Positions 45,621 through 55,285 of a stretch of DNA of 64,000 bases are shown in pieces (within the stretch, counting starts at the first letter, position 1; every line of letters begins with the position of its first letter). Made by a program: the position numbers and the translations under genes. Source of the stretch: an uncultured bacterium (GTDB taxonomy: Bacteria; Actinomycetota; Actinomycetes; S36-B12); NCBI GenBank assembly GCA_963793105.1, contig CAWBZB010000004.1:220210-284209 (forward strand), written 5' to 3'. The notes under the pieces are model-generated. The model was not told where the DNA came from and made no database searches. It saw nothing but the letters and a program-made list of their open reading frames with translations.

Positions 45621-46934
45621 CTACCCCAGTGAGATCGGCTTGACCAGATCCGCCCAGATCACCACGACCGCCATGGCCATGAGGGCTCCGGCCACCACGT
45701 AGGCCACCGGGAGCAGCCGCGCGATGTCCACCGGCCCAGGGTCGGGAAGGCCGCGCACCCGCGCCCATCGCCGACGTAGCCCCTCGTAGAGCGCGCCGGC
45801 CACGTGCCCGCCGTCCAGCGGCAGGATCGGCAGCAGGTTGAACAGGAACAGGAACAGGTTGAGGGAGGCGGCCAGGCCGAGGAAGGTCGCGGCCTTGGCC
45901 GCCATCGGCTCGTCCATGGCCGCCACGTCGCCCCCGATGCGACTGACGCCCACGACGCTCACCGGACTGTCGATCTGGCGATCGCCGCCGCCGATGAGGG
46001 TGTCGGTGACCAGCTCGTAGAGCCGGACCGGGAGCATGACGAGGGCCGTCACGGAACGGACCGTGAGGTCCCACATGTACTGCGGGACGGCGGTCACGGG
46101 CTGGCTCACCCACGCGAAATCCGGACCGACCCCCACGTACCCGGCGGTGACGTTCTCCTCGGTGGGATTGCCGTCCGCATCGAAGGCCGGGCGCACGGCG
46201 GTCGCGATGGTCAGCGGCACCTCGACGACGCCCTCGCCACGCTGGACGGTGAGAGTCACCTCCTGCTCGGGGTGGGCGCGGATCCATGCGGTCGTCTCCG
46301 TCCAGTCCGTCGCGGGGACACCGTCGATGGCCAGGATCGTGTCGCCGGGCTGAAGGCCGGCGACGCTTGCCGGGGACGGCTGCGACCCGCTCGGGCATGA
46401 CCCGGAGGGCAGGGGCTGGCCGGTGGGCTGCTCTGCGGTCGGCGTGCACGCCGCCACGTTGGCGACCTGCATCGTCGGTTGCGGGATGCCGATGCCCACG
46501 AGCACGATGCCGAAGAGCACGAAGGCGAGCAGGAGGTTCATCGTCGGGCCGCCGAGCATCACCACCACGCGCTTGCGGACCGGGAGCCGGTAGAAGGCAC
46601 GGCTCTCCTCCCCCGGCAGAACCTCCTCCTGCGACTGCTTGCGCGCGTCATTCACGAGCGCGGCGAAGCGGCCGGTCGTCATCGTGCGCATCGAGCCGTC
46701 CTTGGCCGGCGGGATCATTCCGATCATCCGGATATACCCGCCGAGGGGGATCGCCTTGGCGCCGTAGCGCGTCTCGCCCCGCACCGTGGACCACATCGTG
46801 GGTCCGAACCCGATCATGTAGTCGGTGACCTTGACCCCGAACCTCTTGGCGGGAATCAGGTGACCCACCTCGTGCAGGCCGATGGACAGCGCGATGAGGG
46901 CCGCGAAGATGAGGATGCCGATCAGCTCAAGCAT
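45621..46934 (-). CDS. rseP: M50 site-2 protease (RseP/Rip1-like)
   Basis: About 437 aa from [10 protein letters not shown]; the start overlaps the dxr stop by 8 nt. Zinc motif HEVGH, a PDZ region, and [12 protein letters not shown]. Confidence 0.9.
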   Translation of the reverse strand: MLELIGILIFAALIALSIGLHEVGHLIPAKRFGVKVTDYMIGFGPTMWSTVRGETRYGAKAIPLGGYIRMIGMIPPAKDGSMRTMTTGRFAALVNDARKQSQEEVLPGEESRAFYRLPVRKRVVVMLGGPTMNLLLAFVLFGIVLVGIGIPQPTMQVANVAACTPTAEQPTGQPLPSGSCPSGSQPSPASVAGLQPGDTILAIDGVPATDWTETTAWIRAHPEQEVTLTVQRGEGVVEVPLTIATAVRPAFDADGNPTEENVTAGYVGVGPDFAWVSQPVTAVPQYMWDLTVRSVTALVMLPVRLYELVTDTLIGGGDRQIDSPVSVVGVSRIGGDVAAMDEPMAAKAATFLGLAASLNLFLFLFNLLPILPLDGGHVAGALYEGLRRRWARVRGLPDPGPVDIARLLPVAYVVAGALMAMAVVVIWADLVKPISLG

Positions 46935-48180
46935 CCGATGCCTCCCTCGCAGCCAGAACGACGAGATCCCGGGCCCGTCGGCGGGCCCAGTCGTCAGCAC
47001 TAATGACGTCCGAGAGGGTCGCTTTGTTCCCCGCCACCCACGCAGACCCCTCCGCGCCGGACGATCCGGCACTCAGGTGCTCGTCGAGGACCCGGCCCAC
47101 GGTCGCGACGATGCCGGTGAAGGGCAGCTCGCCGGCAAGGAATTCGGCCACACAGGCTTCGTCCGCGCCGTTGAACACGGCGGGAGCGGTACCGCCCGCA
47201 CTGCCGGCCAGTCGTGCCAGCCCCACGGCCGGGAAGGCGTCCTCGTCGAGGGGGAAGAAGTCCCACGACGTCGCCGACGTCCAGTCGCACCCCGGGGCCG
47301 CGTCGGGGACCCGGTCCGGCCAGCTCATCCCCCACGCGATCGGGATGCGCATGTCCGGCGGGCTCGCCTGGGCGATCGTCGATCCGTCGACGAACTCGAC
47401 CATGGAGTGCACCACGGACTGTGGATGCACGACGACGTCGATCCGGTCGAAGGGAACATCGAAGAGCAGGTGCGCCTCGATGAGCTCCAGACCCTTGTTC
47501 ATCAGGGTGGCCGAGTTGATCGTCACGAGGGGTCCCATGGCCCAGGTGGGATGGGCCAGCGCCTGCTCGACAGTGACCGTGGCCAATGCCTCACGGTCCC
47601 ACCCCCGGAAGGGACCACCGCTCGCCGTGAGAACCAGACGCCGCACTTCGTCCGCGGACCCCGATCGCAGCGCCTGCGCCAGCGCCGAGTGCTCGGAGTC
47701 GACGGGCACGATCTGCCCCGGAGATGCGAGCGCCTTGACGAGGGGTCCCCCGATGATGAGGGACTCCTTGTTCGCCAGCGCGAGGGTGCGCCCGGCCTCG
47801 AGCGCGGCCAGGGTCGGACGGAGCCCGGCCGCCCCTGCGAGACCGTTGAGGACCGTGTCGCACTCCCAGCGGGCGAGCTCGGTGCTGGCGTCTGGTCCGG
47901 CCAGGATGCGCGGCATCTCGAAGTCCCCGACGGCGAACCCCCGGCGCTGCGCCTCCGCGTACAGCGCCAGCTGCAGGTCGGAGGCCGTGCTTGCCTGCTG
48001 GACCGCCACCACCTCGACACCGAACTCGATCGCCTGCTGGGCCAGGAGCCCGATCTGGGACCCGCTCGCGGACAGTCCGGCGATGTCGAACCGGTCTGGG
48101 TTCCGTCGAGCCACGTCCAGCGCCTGGGTCCCGATTGACCCGGTGCTGCCGAGCAGCACGATGCGGCGACGGGAGGGCAT
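46927..48180 (-). CDS. dxr: 1-deoxy-D-xylulose 5-phosphate reductoisomerase
   Basis: 417 aa with [15 protein letters not shown] and Dxr core blocks ([21 protein letters not shown]). Confidence 0.97.
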   Translation of the reverse strand: MPSRRRIVLLGSTGSIGTQALDVARRNPDRFDIAGLSASGSQIGLLAQQAIEFGVEVVAVQQASTASDLQLALYAEAQRRGFAVGDFEMPRILAGPDASTELARWECDTVLNGLAGAAGLRPTLAALEAGRTLALANKESLIIGGPLVKALASPGQIVPVDSEHSALAQALRSGSADEVRRLVLTASGGPFRGWDREALATVTVEQALAHPTWAMGPLVTINSATLMNKGLELIEAHLLFDVPFDRIDVVVHPQSVVHSMVEFVDGSTIAQASPPDMRIPIAWGMSWPDRVPDAAPGCDWTSATSWDFFPLDEDAFPAVGLARLAGSAGGTAPAVFNGADEACVAEFLAGELPFTGIVATVGRVLDEHLSAGSSGAEGSAWVAGNKATLSDVISADDWARRRARDLVVLAAREASDA

Positions 48181-48189
48181 GGTCGCAGG

Positions 48190-49767
48190 CTACCGGCGCT
48201 CGTCGAGGAGCGGCGGGTCCGCAGGGTCGGCGTCGTCGACGGAGGAGAGGGCGAACCACAGGTCCGCCCGGACCTCGGGATCGTCGAGCTCCCGTCCCAG
48301 GACCCCCTCCGCCCGACGCAGGCGGTGGCGCACCGTGTGCCGGTGGATCCCCAGCCGCTGAGCTGCGGCGTCGACCTGGCCGTGCTGGCTCAGCCAGGCG
48401 CGCAGGGTGTCCATGAGTTCCGGCCCCTCAGGGGCCGCCAGGAGGCCCGCCAGATAGCCGTCGGCCCACGCGGCAACGGTCGCCGCGTCGAGGAGCGCGG
48501 CGAGTCCTCGCGACGGCTGCTCGGTGAACAGGCTCAGCCCGCTCCCCAGCGCCGCCGCGCGGTCGGCCTGCTCCACCGCCTGACGCACGTTCGCGGCGTC
48601 GGAGAGGTCGAGGACACAGGACACGCCCACCGCCTCCACAGCCTCGTCGTCGCTCGCGTCGCGCAGTCCCTCCGGCAGCCCGCCGTCCAGGTCGACGCGG
48701 GCGAAACCGCCAAGGTCGCCGGACGGCCGCCGGCACAGGACCGACAGTCCGCTGCGGTTCGACGCGGCCAGCACGGAGTCAGGCACCGTCGACCCTCGCC
48801 GTCCCCGGACGGTCACGGCCACAGCGGTCGCCGGGTCCAGCCCACCCAGCCCGAGCGGGTCGAGCAACCCGGCCGACAGGCCCCGCTGGGTCGCCACCGA
48901 GACCAGGAGCCGACGCCATGCGTCCATGCCCTCGCCACTGCCCGGGGATCGCGAGGCCTCCCAGGACAACAGGGATACCGCGAGGTTCATCACGGACTGG
49001 TCGGCCGATCGCAGGGGTCGCGGCGAGCCGACGACGAGGAACCCGTCGGCCGCTCCCTTCACGCCGGTCGGGAGGATCACGATGTGCTCGTCGGCGGTGG
49101 CGAGGGCAGCGGACGCGAGGAGACCCCGAGGTCGCAGCCGATCGATCTCGGAGGTGAGCTCGGGAAGCCGCCCGACGGCAGATGACGGGTACGCGACGAG
49201 GACGTTGCCGCTCGATCCGACGTGGAGGACGAAGCCATCGACGTGCTTGGCGAGGACCGCCGCCACTCCCGCCGGTGATCCCCGGCCCTCGGGCTGTGCG
49301 AGCACCGCCCGGATGAGCCGGCGCTGGCTCTCGAACGAGGCAGCCGACTCCGCATACTCCTCGGCCGCGAGCAGCCCCGACACCGCCTTGCTCAGTGCCA
49401 CGAACGGCACCGGCTGCGGGACCTCGAGCACGGGGAGCCCTGCCTCCTCGGCCGCAGCGACCAGGGCCGCGGGGGTCTCGGTCTGCGAGAAGCCGACTCC
49501 GAAGCCGAGCCCCGCGACATCCGCGGCCATGAGACGGGCGACGTACTCGCGGGCCTGGGCCTCGGGGTCGGAGAGGGACATGCCGGTGGTCAGGACGAGG
49601 TCGCCGCCCTCCAGCCAGGGAGTCGGGTCCGCGTGCTCGGACACCGCGACCCATCGCACCTCGCGGTCCATGGCGGCTCGCGACGTGCGCACGATCAAGC
49701 CCAGGTCGGGCAGCTCGGCCACCTGGCCGACAGTCAAGGGCACGGGCACCTCCAACGATCCGGACAA
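48190..49767 (-). CDS. PucR/CdaR family transcriptional regulator
   Basis: 525 aa with an N-terminal PucR-type domain (LTVGQVAELPDLGL) and C-terminal HTH AAAQRLGIHRHTVRHRLRRAEGVLG. The track start is a TTG and the true start may be the GTG at about 49743. Divergent from gabT. Confidence 0.85.
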   Translation of the reverse strand: MSGSLEVPVPLTVGQVAELPDLGLIVRTSRAAMDREVRWVAVSEHADPTPWLEGGDLVLTTGMSLSDPEAQAREYVARLMAADVAGLGFGVGFSQTETPAALVAAAEEAGLPVLEVPQPVPFVALSKAVSGLLAAEEYAESAASFESQRRLIRAVLAQPEGRGSPAGVAAVLAKHVDGFVLHVGSSGNVLVAYPSSAVGRLPELTSEIDRLRPRGLLASAALATADEHIVILPTGVKGAADGFLVVGSPRPLRSADQSVMNLAVSLLSWEASRSPGSGEGMDAWRRLLVSVATQRGLSAGLLDPLGLGGLDPATAVAVTVRGRRGSTVPDSVLAASNRSGLSVLCRRPSGDLGGFARVDLDGGLPEGLRDASDDEAVEAVGVSCVLDLSDAANVRQAVEQADRAAALGSGLSLFTEQPSRGLAALLDAATVAAWADGYLAGLLAAPEGPELMDTLRAWLSQHGQVDAAAQRLGIHRHTVRHRLRRAEGVLGRELDDPEVRADLWFALSSVDDADPADPPLLDERR

Positions 49768-49818
49768 GGCTACGGCAGCGGCTGTACAAGGTGGAGCGGG
49801 TGGGGGCCATGCCTCGCC

Positions 49819-49845
49819 CCCTAGGCTCAGACTCGAGCCCTAGGG
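49819..49845 (+). promoter_or_regulatory. Imperfect inverted repeat carrying two CCTAGG palindromes in the gabT leader / PucR-gabT divergent region
   Basis: CCCTAGGCTC-AGACTC-GAGCCCTAGGG, 10 bp with a one-base bulge. The 3' arm overlaps the gabT SD GGGAGG (49843-49848); the ATG is at 49855. Confidence 0.3.
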
Positions 49846-49854
49846 AGGAACCAC

Positions 49855-51228
49855 ATGACCACCGCCGCCGATCGCACGGACGCCATGCACAACGGCCTGC
49901 CGCAGGAGCGACGCCTCGTGACGAGCGTCCCCGGTCCGATCTCCCAGGCCCTCCAGGCGCGCAAGACCCAGGCTGTGTCCGCCGGTGTCGGCGTCATGCT
50001 GCCGATCTACGTGGTCAAGGCCGGCGGCGGCGTCCTCGTGGACGTCGACGGGAACTCCCTGATCGACATGGGTTCGGGAATCGCGGTCACGACGGTGGGC
50101 AACGCGAACCCGGAGGTGGTCGCGGGCGTTCAGCAGCAGGTCGCAGACTTCACCCACACGTGTTTCATGGTCACCCCGTACTCCGGCTACGTCGAGGTCT
50201 GTGAAGCCCTGAACCGCCTCACCCCCGGCGACCATGAGAAGCGGTCGGCCCTGTTCAACTCCGGCGCCGAGGCGGTCGAGAACGCCGTGAAGATCGCCCG
50301 CGCGTACACCAAGCGCCAGGCTGTCGTCGTCGTGGAGCACGGCTATCACGGCCGAACGAACCTGACGATGGCGCTCACCGCGAAGAACATGCCCTACAAG
50401 CACTCGTTCGGCCCGTTCGCCCCCGAGGTGTACCGGGTCCCGACCTCCTATCCGTTCCGTGACCGGGGCCTCAAGGGACCGGAGATGGCACAGATCGCGA
50501 TCACCCGGATCGAGAAGGAGATCGGGGCGTCCAACGTGGCGGCCATCATCATCGAGCCGATCCAGGGCGAGGGCGGCTTCATCGTGCCGGGCGACGGCTA
50601 CTTCCGTGCCATGGCGGACTTCGCGACGGACAACGGCATCGTCTTCGTCGCCGACGAGATCCAGTCCGGGTTCTGCCGGACCGGCGACTGGTTCGCGAGT
50701 GAATACGAGGGCGTCGTCCCCGATGTGGTCACCACCGCGAAGGGCATCGCCGGCGGGATGCCGCTGGCCGGCGTGACAGGCCGGGCCGAGATCATGGACG
50801 CCGTCCATGCCGGCGGCCTCGGCGGCACCTACGGCGGCAACCCCGTCGCGTGCGCGGCGGCAATCGGCTCCATCCGCTGGATGGAGGAGAACGACGCCAA
50901 CGCACTCGCCAAGGGCATCGAGTCCATCATGATGCCCCGCCTGCGGAACATGGCCGAGCGGTTCACGGCCATCGGAGACATCCGTGGTCGCGGCGCGATG
51001 ATCGCGATCGAACTGGTCAAGCCAGGGACGATGGACCCGAACGCCGAGCTCGCCAGCGCGCTGAACACCTACTGCCATGCGAACGGAGTCGTCACCCTGA
51101 CGACCGGGACATACGGCAACGTTTTCCGCTTCCTCCCGCCGCTGACGATGCCCACTCACCTGCTCGAGGAGGCCCTGTCGATCCTCGAGCGGGCCTTCGA
51201 GGCCGCGACAGACGGTTCCGACGCCTAG
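49855..51228 (+). CDS. gabT: 4-aminobutyrate--2-oxoglutarate aminotransferase (class III PLP aminotransferase)
   Basis: 457 aa with blocks typical of GabT (FNSGAEAVENAVKIAR, VADEIQSGFCRTG, TTAKGIAGGMPL, GGTYGGNP). Confidence 0.92.
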   Translation: MTTAADRTDAMHNGLPQERRLVTSVPGPISQALQARKTQAVSAGVGVMLPIYVVKAGGGVLVDVDGNSLIDMGSGIAVTTVGNANPEVVAGVQQQVADFTHTCFMVTPYSGYVEVCEALNRLTPGDHEKRSALFNSGAEAVENAVKIARAYTKRQAVVVVEHGYHGRTNLTMALTAKNMPYKHSFGPFAPEVYRVPTSYPFRDRGLKGPEMAQIAITRIEKEIGASNVAAIIIEPIQGEGGFIVPGDGYFRAMADFATDNGIVFVADEIQSGFCRTGDWFASEYEGVVPDVVTTAKGIAGGMPLAGVTGRAEIMDAVHAGGLGGTYGGNPVACAAAIGSIRWMEENDANALAKGIESIMMPRLRNMAERFTAIGDIRGRGAMIAIELVKPGTMDPNAELASALNTYCHANGVVTLTTGTYGNVFRFLPPLTMPTHLLEEALSILERAFEAATDGSDA

Positions 51229-51244
51229 TCGAAGGAGAAGCGCA

Positions 51245-52468
51245 ATGACCTCACCTGAGTTCGCAGGGCTGTGGTCGCGCCGACGACTGCTGACCACCGG
51301 TGGAATCGGCGCCGCCGGACTCGCGGTCGCCGCGTGTGGCGCCGACAGCAGCACCGGGCCCGTCTCACCGACCGCCGCTTCCGGCGCCCCGGCGGCCACC
51401 GCCGAACCTTCGCCGCAGGCCGACCAGGACCTCTCTGACACCGAGAAGGTCGTCCAGTTCTCGAACTGGCCCCAGTACATCGACGAGGACGAGGGCGAGG
51501 GCACCACCCTCCAGGACTTCACCAGCCAGACCGGCATCGACGTCGAATACACCGATGACATCAATGACAGCAACGAGTTCTACGCGAAGGTACGCACCAA
51601 CCTTGAGCAGGGCCGCAGCATCGACGGGACATCGTCGTGCTCACTGAGGAGGGGGTCGAGCTCTGGATCGCCAACGGATTCGCCGCTCCGCTCAACAAGG
51701 AGCTGATCCCGAACGCGGTCAACGTCATCCCCGCGCTGCAGGACGTGTCCGTTCGACCCGGGCCGTACCTACTCGCTGCCGTGGCAGTCGGGCTTCACGG
51801 GAATCGGGTGGAACAGCAAGCTGCTCGAGCGGGAGCTGGGCGTCAGGTGCGATCACCAGCTTCGATCAGTTCTTCGATCCCACGCCTCAAGGGGAGGGTG
51901 ACGATCCTCGTGGAGATGCCGGACACCATGGGCTTGCTCATGAACTGGCAGGGCTTCGACATGGCGAACTTCACCGAAGCGGACCAGTTCGACCAGACCC
52001 TCGAGCGTTCTTCAGGAGAAGCTCGACGAAGGCTTCATCCGTCAGGTCACCGGCAACGACTACATCGCGGCACTCGACAGTGGCGACGCGATCGCGTCGA
52101 TCGGCTGGTCGGGTGACGTGCTCGCGCTGGGCAAGAAGTACGGCTTCGCCATTCCCGACTCCGGCGGCATGATCTGGGCCGACAACATGGTCATCCCCTC
52201 GGTTGCCGCGCACAAGGCCAACGCCGAACGGCTCATGAACTACTACTACGACCCGGCAGTCGCTGCGAGAGTCGCCGCGTGGGTCCAGTACGTATGCCCG
52301 GTCTCGGGAGCTCAGGAGGCGATGACGGACGTCGACACCGATCTCGTCGACGACCCGTGGATCTTCCCTACGCCCGAGCTGTTGTCGACTGCCCAGGAGT
52401 TCATGTCCCTGACCCCAGAGACCCGAGAGGCCTTCAACCGCCAGTTCCTCCGGACCGTCGCCGCCTGA
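51245..52468 (+). pseudogene. Decayed paralog of the PotD-like polyamine-binding lipoprotein (about 5 frame changes)
   Basis: Pieces in three frames align along the whole length of the intact paralog at 59804..61021. They start with a Tat/lipobox N-terminus (RRRLLTTGGIGAAGLAVAAC) and NEFYAKVRTNLEQGRSI. The next pieces are DIVVLTEEGVELWIANGF, FDPGRTYSLPWQSGFTGIGWN and ITSFDQFFDPT. The alignment ends with LKGRVTILVEMPDTMG, VLQEKLDEGFIRQVTGNDYIAALDSGD...WADNMVIP and MNYYYDPAVAARVAAWVQYVCPV. Frame switches lie near 51622, 51750, 51845, 51883 and 52001. Confidence 0.85.
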
Positions 52469-52548
52469 TCAGCGCGGAGCACCCACGGTTATCCACAGGG
52501 CATGCAGGGTGCCTTGCGTGGGGCCAACACCCAACCTAGCGTCGCAGC

Positions 52549-52956
52549 ATGCACTTCTGGCGTCCCCTGGCCCTGACGACGTCCATCGTTGCCCTCCTCC
52601 TCCAGGTGCAGCCCACCGCCGCCGCGGCGTGCAGGCGCAGCAGTGGTTCTGGCGATGGTCCGACGGCAGCACGGCGAGTCGCGCACGTTGGCGGAGGCGC
52701 GCTACTCCAGTCAGTCTCGACTACCACTGCTCGTCGTCACGGTCCGACCCGCGGCGACGGGGCAGACGGTGGTCCTGCAGTTCCGCGAGGGGACCGGCTG
52801 GCATGACGACGATGTCGGCACGACCGACGGCCGCGGACGCGTGCGGCTCGAGCTGAATCCCTACTGCCCTGACGGCGCATGGTGCCATCGACGTTCGACT
52901 ACCGACTGGTGGCCGGACGATCCAAGGCCGCGCTGTCCGTTCGCTTCATTCCGTGA
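52549..52956 (+). pseudogene. Remnant of a small secreted protein gene (at least 3 apparent frame changes)
   Basis: A signal peptide MHFWRPLALTTSIVALLLQVQPTAAAA is followed by high-GC3 segments in other frames: VQAQQWFWRWSDGS, GESRTLAEARYSS...VVTVRPAATGQTVVLQFREGTGWHDDDVGTTDGRGRVRLELNPYCPDGAW, and PSTFDYRLVAGRSKAALSVRFIP*. No family recognised. Confidence 0.45.
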
Positions 52957-53011
52957 TCGAGTTCAATTCGGGGCCGGGATGATCCCTCACTCTGGGCGGA
53001 GTCCGATCCGC

Positions 53012-54226
53012 TCAGGCCTGGGTGTCCCGAATCCCGTACGGCTGTCCGTATCCGTCAGACATGAGGTCGAGGTAGGGCACGGCGTCGAAGGCCTCCGGCC
53101 CCAGAACCCCTGCCCCCTGCCAGGCCCCCGATGCCAGCAGTTCCAGCGCGATGACGGGGTTCATGGCGGTCTGCCACACCACCGCCTGAACGCCGTACTC
53201 CGCCATCGTCCATTCGTTGTCCGCGACGTGATACAGGTACACCTCGCGCGGACGACCATCCGTACCCGTGCCGGTGACCCAGGTCCCGGCGCAGGTCTTC
53301 CCTGACATCTTGTCGCCGAGGGTCGCCGGATCGGGCAGGGCAGCGGCCACCATGTCGCGTGGGCTCACGGCCTGGCCCTTCACCATCACCGGCTCGGTCC
53401 GGTCCAGACCCAGCTTGTGCAGCGTCTTGAGCACGTCGATGAACTCGTCGCCCAGCCCGTACTTGAACGTGACTCGCTTGCAGTCGATCCATCGGGGAAC
53501 GAGGAGCACCTCCTCGTGCTCGACGTTGATCACCTCCACGGGACCGATCCCGTCGGGGAAGTCGAACACCTCGGGCTCGGAGAACGGCGGGGTGGTGTAC
53601 CAGCCCCGGTCCTTCTCCCAGATCACCGGCGGGTTGAGGCACTCCTCGATCGTGGTCCAGATCGAGAAGGAGGGCGCGAAATCGTAGCCCTCGACGACCA
53701 GGTTGGCACCGTCGCGGATGCCGATCTCGTCGATCTCGCTGAACAGGTGGTCCGCCGCATACCGGGCGAAGACGTCGGCCAGGCCCGGCTCGACGCCGAT
53801 GCCGCACAGGGCCAGCCGCCCGCGCGCCTCCCACTCCGCCGCCCGGGCGAACTGCTCGTCGCCCAGCTTGACCCCGGCCTCGGAGTACGGGTTCGCGGGA
53901 TGCGGCCGCGACAGGCTCATCGCCGTGTCGAGGTAGTCGGCGCCGGCGGCGAAGGCGCCCTCGAAGATGGGCATCACGAACCGTGGGTCCACCACGTTGA
54001 GGACGTGGGTGATGTCGTGCTCTCGGCACAGGGCGGCCACCGCGTCGGCATCCGACGCATCCACCTGGGCAGCGGAGAACCGCGGATCGCCCAATCGGTC
54101 GACGACGGCGGACGCACGGGCCCCGTCGTAGTCCGACACCACCCAGTGCTCGAAGAAGTCCCGTCGGGCCGCGATCAGTGCCGCGGACGTGCCTACTCCG
54201 CCTGCTCCTACTGCGAGGACGCGCAT
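53012..54226 (-). CDS. Saccharopine dehydrogenase family NAD(P) oxidoreductase
   Basis: 404 aa with N-terminal Rossmann MRVLAVGAGGVGTSAA. Length and C-terminal domain (VINVEHEEVLLVPRW, TFKYGLGDEFI) are typical of the saccharopine / carboxy(nor)spermidine dehydrogenase family. Its start is 2 nt after the upstream stop. Confidence 0.8.
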   Translation of the reverse strand: MRVLAVGAGGVGTSAALIAARRDFFEHWVVSDYDGARASAVVDRLGDPRFSAAQVDASDADAVAALCREHDITHVLNVVDPRFVMPIFEGAFAAGADYLDTAMSLSRPHPANPYSEAGVKLGDEQFARAAEWEARGRLALCGIGVEPGLADVFARYAADHLFSEIDEIGIRDGANLVVEGYDFAPSFSIWTTIEECLNPPVIWEKDRGWYTTPPFSEPEVFDFPDGIGPVEVINVEHEEVLLVPRWIDCKRVTFKYGLGDEFIDVLKTLHKLGLDRTEPVMVKGQAVSPRDMVAAALPDPATLGDKMSGKTCAGTWVTGTGTDGRPREVYLYHVADNEWTMAEYGVQAVVWQTAMNPVIALELLASGAWQGAGVLGPEAFDAVPYLDLMSDGYGQPYGIRDTQA

Positions 54227-54228
54227 GG

Positions 54229-55254
54229 CTACTCTCCCGGGATCCGGTCGGTGAGCAACGGCTGCCGCGGATCCCAGCGGGTGCCGTCGCGATCATCCTT
54301 GCGGCGTCTGGCGATCGCCGACAGGGCTTCGAGTGCCACGCGATTGCCCAGGAGGGCGGTGATGTCCGCATGGTCGTAGGGCGGTGAGACCTCCACGATG
54401 TCGATGCCGAACACCGGGAGCTCGTAGCAGATGCGGCGAACCGCATCGAGGAGCTCTCGGGCGGAGAGCCCGCCCGGCTCCGGGGTACCCGTGCCCGGCG
54501 CGTGTCCGGGGTCGCAGACGTCGATGTCGACGCTGAGGAAGACGCCGTCGCACTCGTCGAGCGCGATCGCGAACGCCTCGGTCAGGCACTCGCTCAGTCC
54601 GCGCTCGACGATCTCGGTCATCTCGTAGCTGCGCATGCGCTGCTCTGCCATCCACTCGAGCACGTCCGGCGGCGGCCAGTAGCCGCGCAGTCCGATCTGG
54701 ACGAAGCGGTCACCACGAGCGGCCCCCGACTCGATCAGCCGTCGCATCGGCTGGCCGTGGCCGATGAGGGACCCGAACGAGATGTCGCCGGTGTCGGCAT
54801 GCGCATCGAAGTGGAGGACCGCGACGCGACCCCACCCCCGGGCGCGAGCGACCCCCGTGACATCCGGCCAGGTGATCGTGTGGTCCCCGCCCAGGATCAG
54901 GGGGATGGCCCCCGTCGCTGCGACGCTCTCCACCACCTTCTCAAGGGCAGCACATGCCGTCGCGGCATCGCCGCTGAACATCTCCACATCGCCGCCGTCC
55001 AGAACGCGGATGTCGCGGAGGCCGTCGACCCGCAAGGCAAGGGAAGGGCGCGAACCGTCGTGCTCCAGGTAGCAGGCCGAGCGCATCGCTGACGGGCCGA
55101 ACCGTGCGCCGCTGCGGTAGGAGGTGCCGCCGTCGAAAGGTGCACCGACGATCACCACGTCGGCGCCGGCGAGGCTGTCCGGATCCTCGACGTCGCACCG
55201 ATCCACACCGAGGAAGGTGATGTCCGGACCGAACATGCTGCCGTAGCGCGTCAT
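54229..55254 (-). CDS. Agmatinase/arginase-family ureohydrolase
   Basis: About 341 aa from MTRYGSMFGP. All Mn-ligand blocks are present: GGDHTITWP, HFDAHADTGD, SVDIDVCDPGHAPGTGTPEPGG. Substrate (agmatine or guanidinobutyrate etc.) is not decidable by eye. Confidence 0.88.
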   Translation of the reverse strand: MTRYGSMFGPDITFLGVDRCDVEDPDSLAGADVVIVGAPFDGGTSYRSGARFGPSAMRSACYLEHDGSRPSLALRVDGLRDIRVLDGGDVEMFSGDAATACAALEKVVESVAATGAIPLILGGDHTITWPDVTGVARARGWGRVAVLHFDAHADTGDISFGSLIGHGQPMRRLIESGAARGDRFVQIGLRGYWPPPDVLEWMAEQRMRSYEMTEIVERGLSECLTEAFAIALDECDGVFLSVDIDVCDPGHAPGTGTPEPGGLSARELLDAVRRICYELPVFGIDIVEVSPPYDHADITALLGNRVALEALSAIARRRKDDRDGTRWDPRQPLLTDRIPGE

Positions 55255-55285
55255 GACACAGGCCCGGAGGCCGCTCGCGTTGCGG

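Noticed and set aside
52489-52497. A perfect E. coli-type DnaA box TTATCCACA upstream of the secreted-protein remnant.
   Set aside because: It is a single isolated 9-mer. There is no cluster of boxes, no AT-rich unwinding element and no dnaA/dnaN context. One chance hit in 128 kb of two-strand sequence is plausible.
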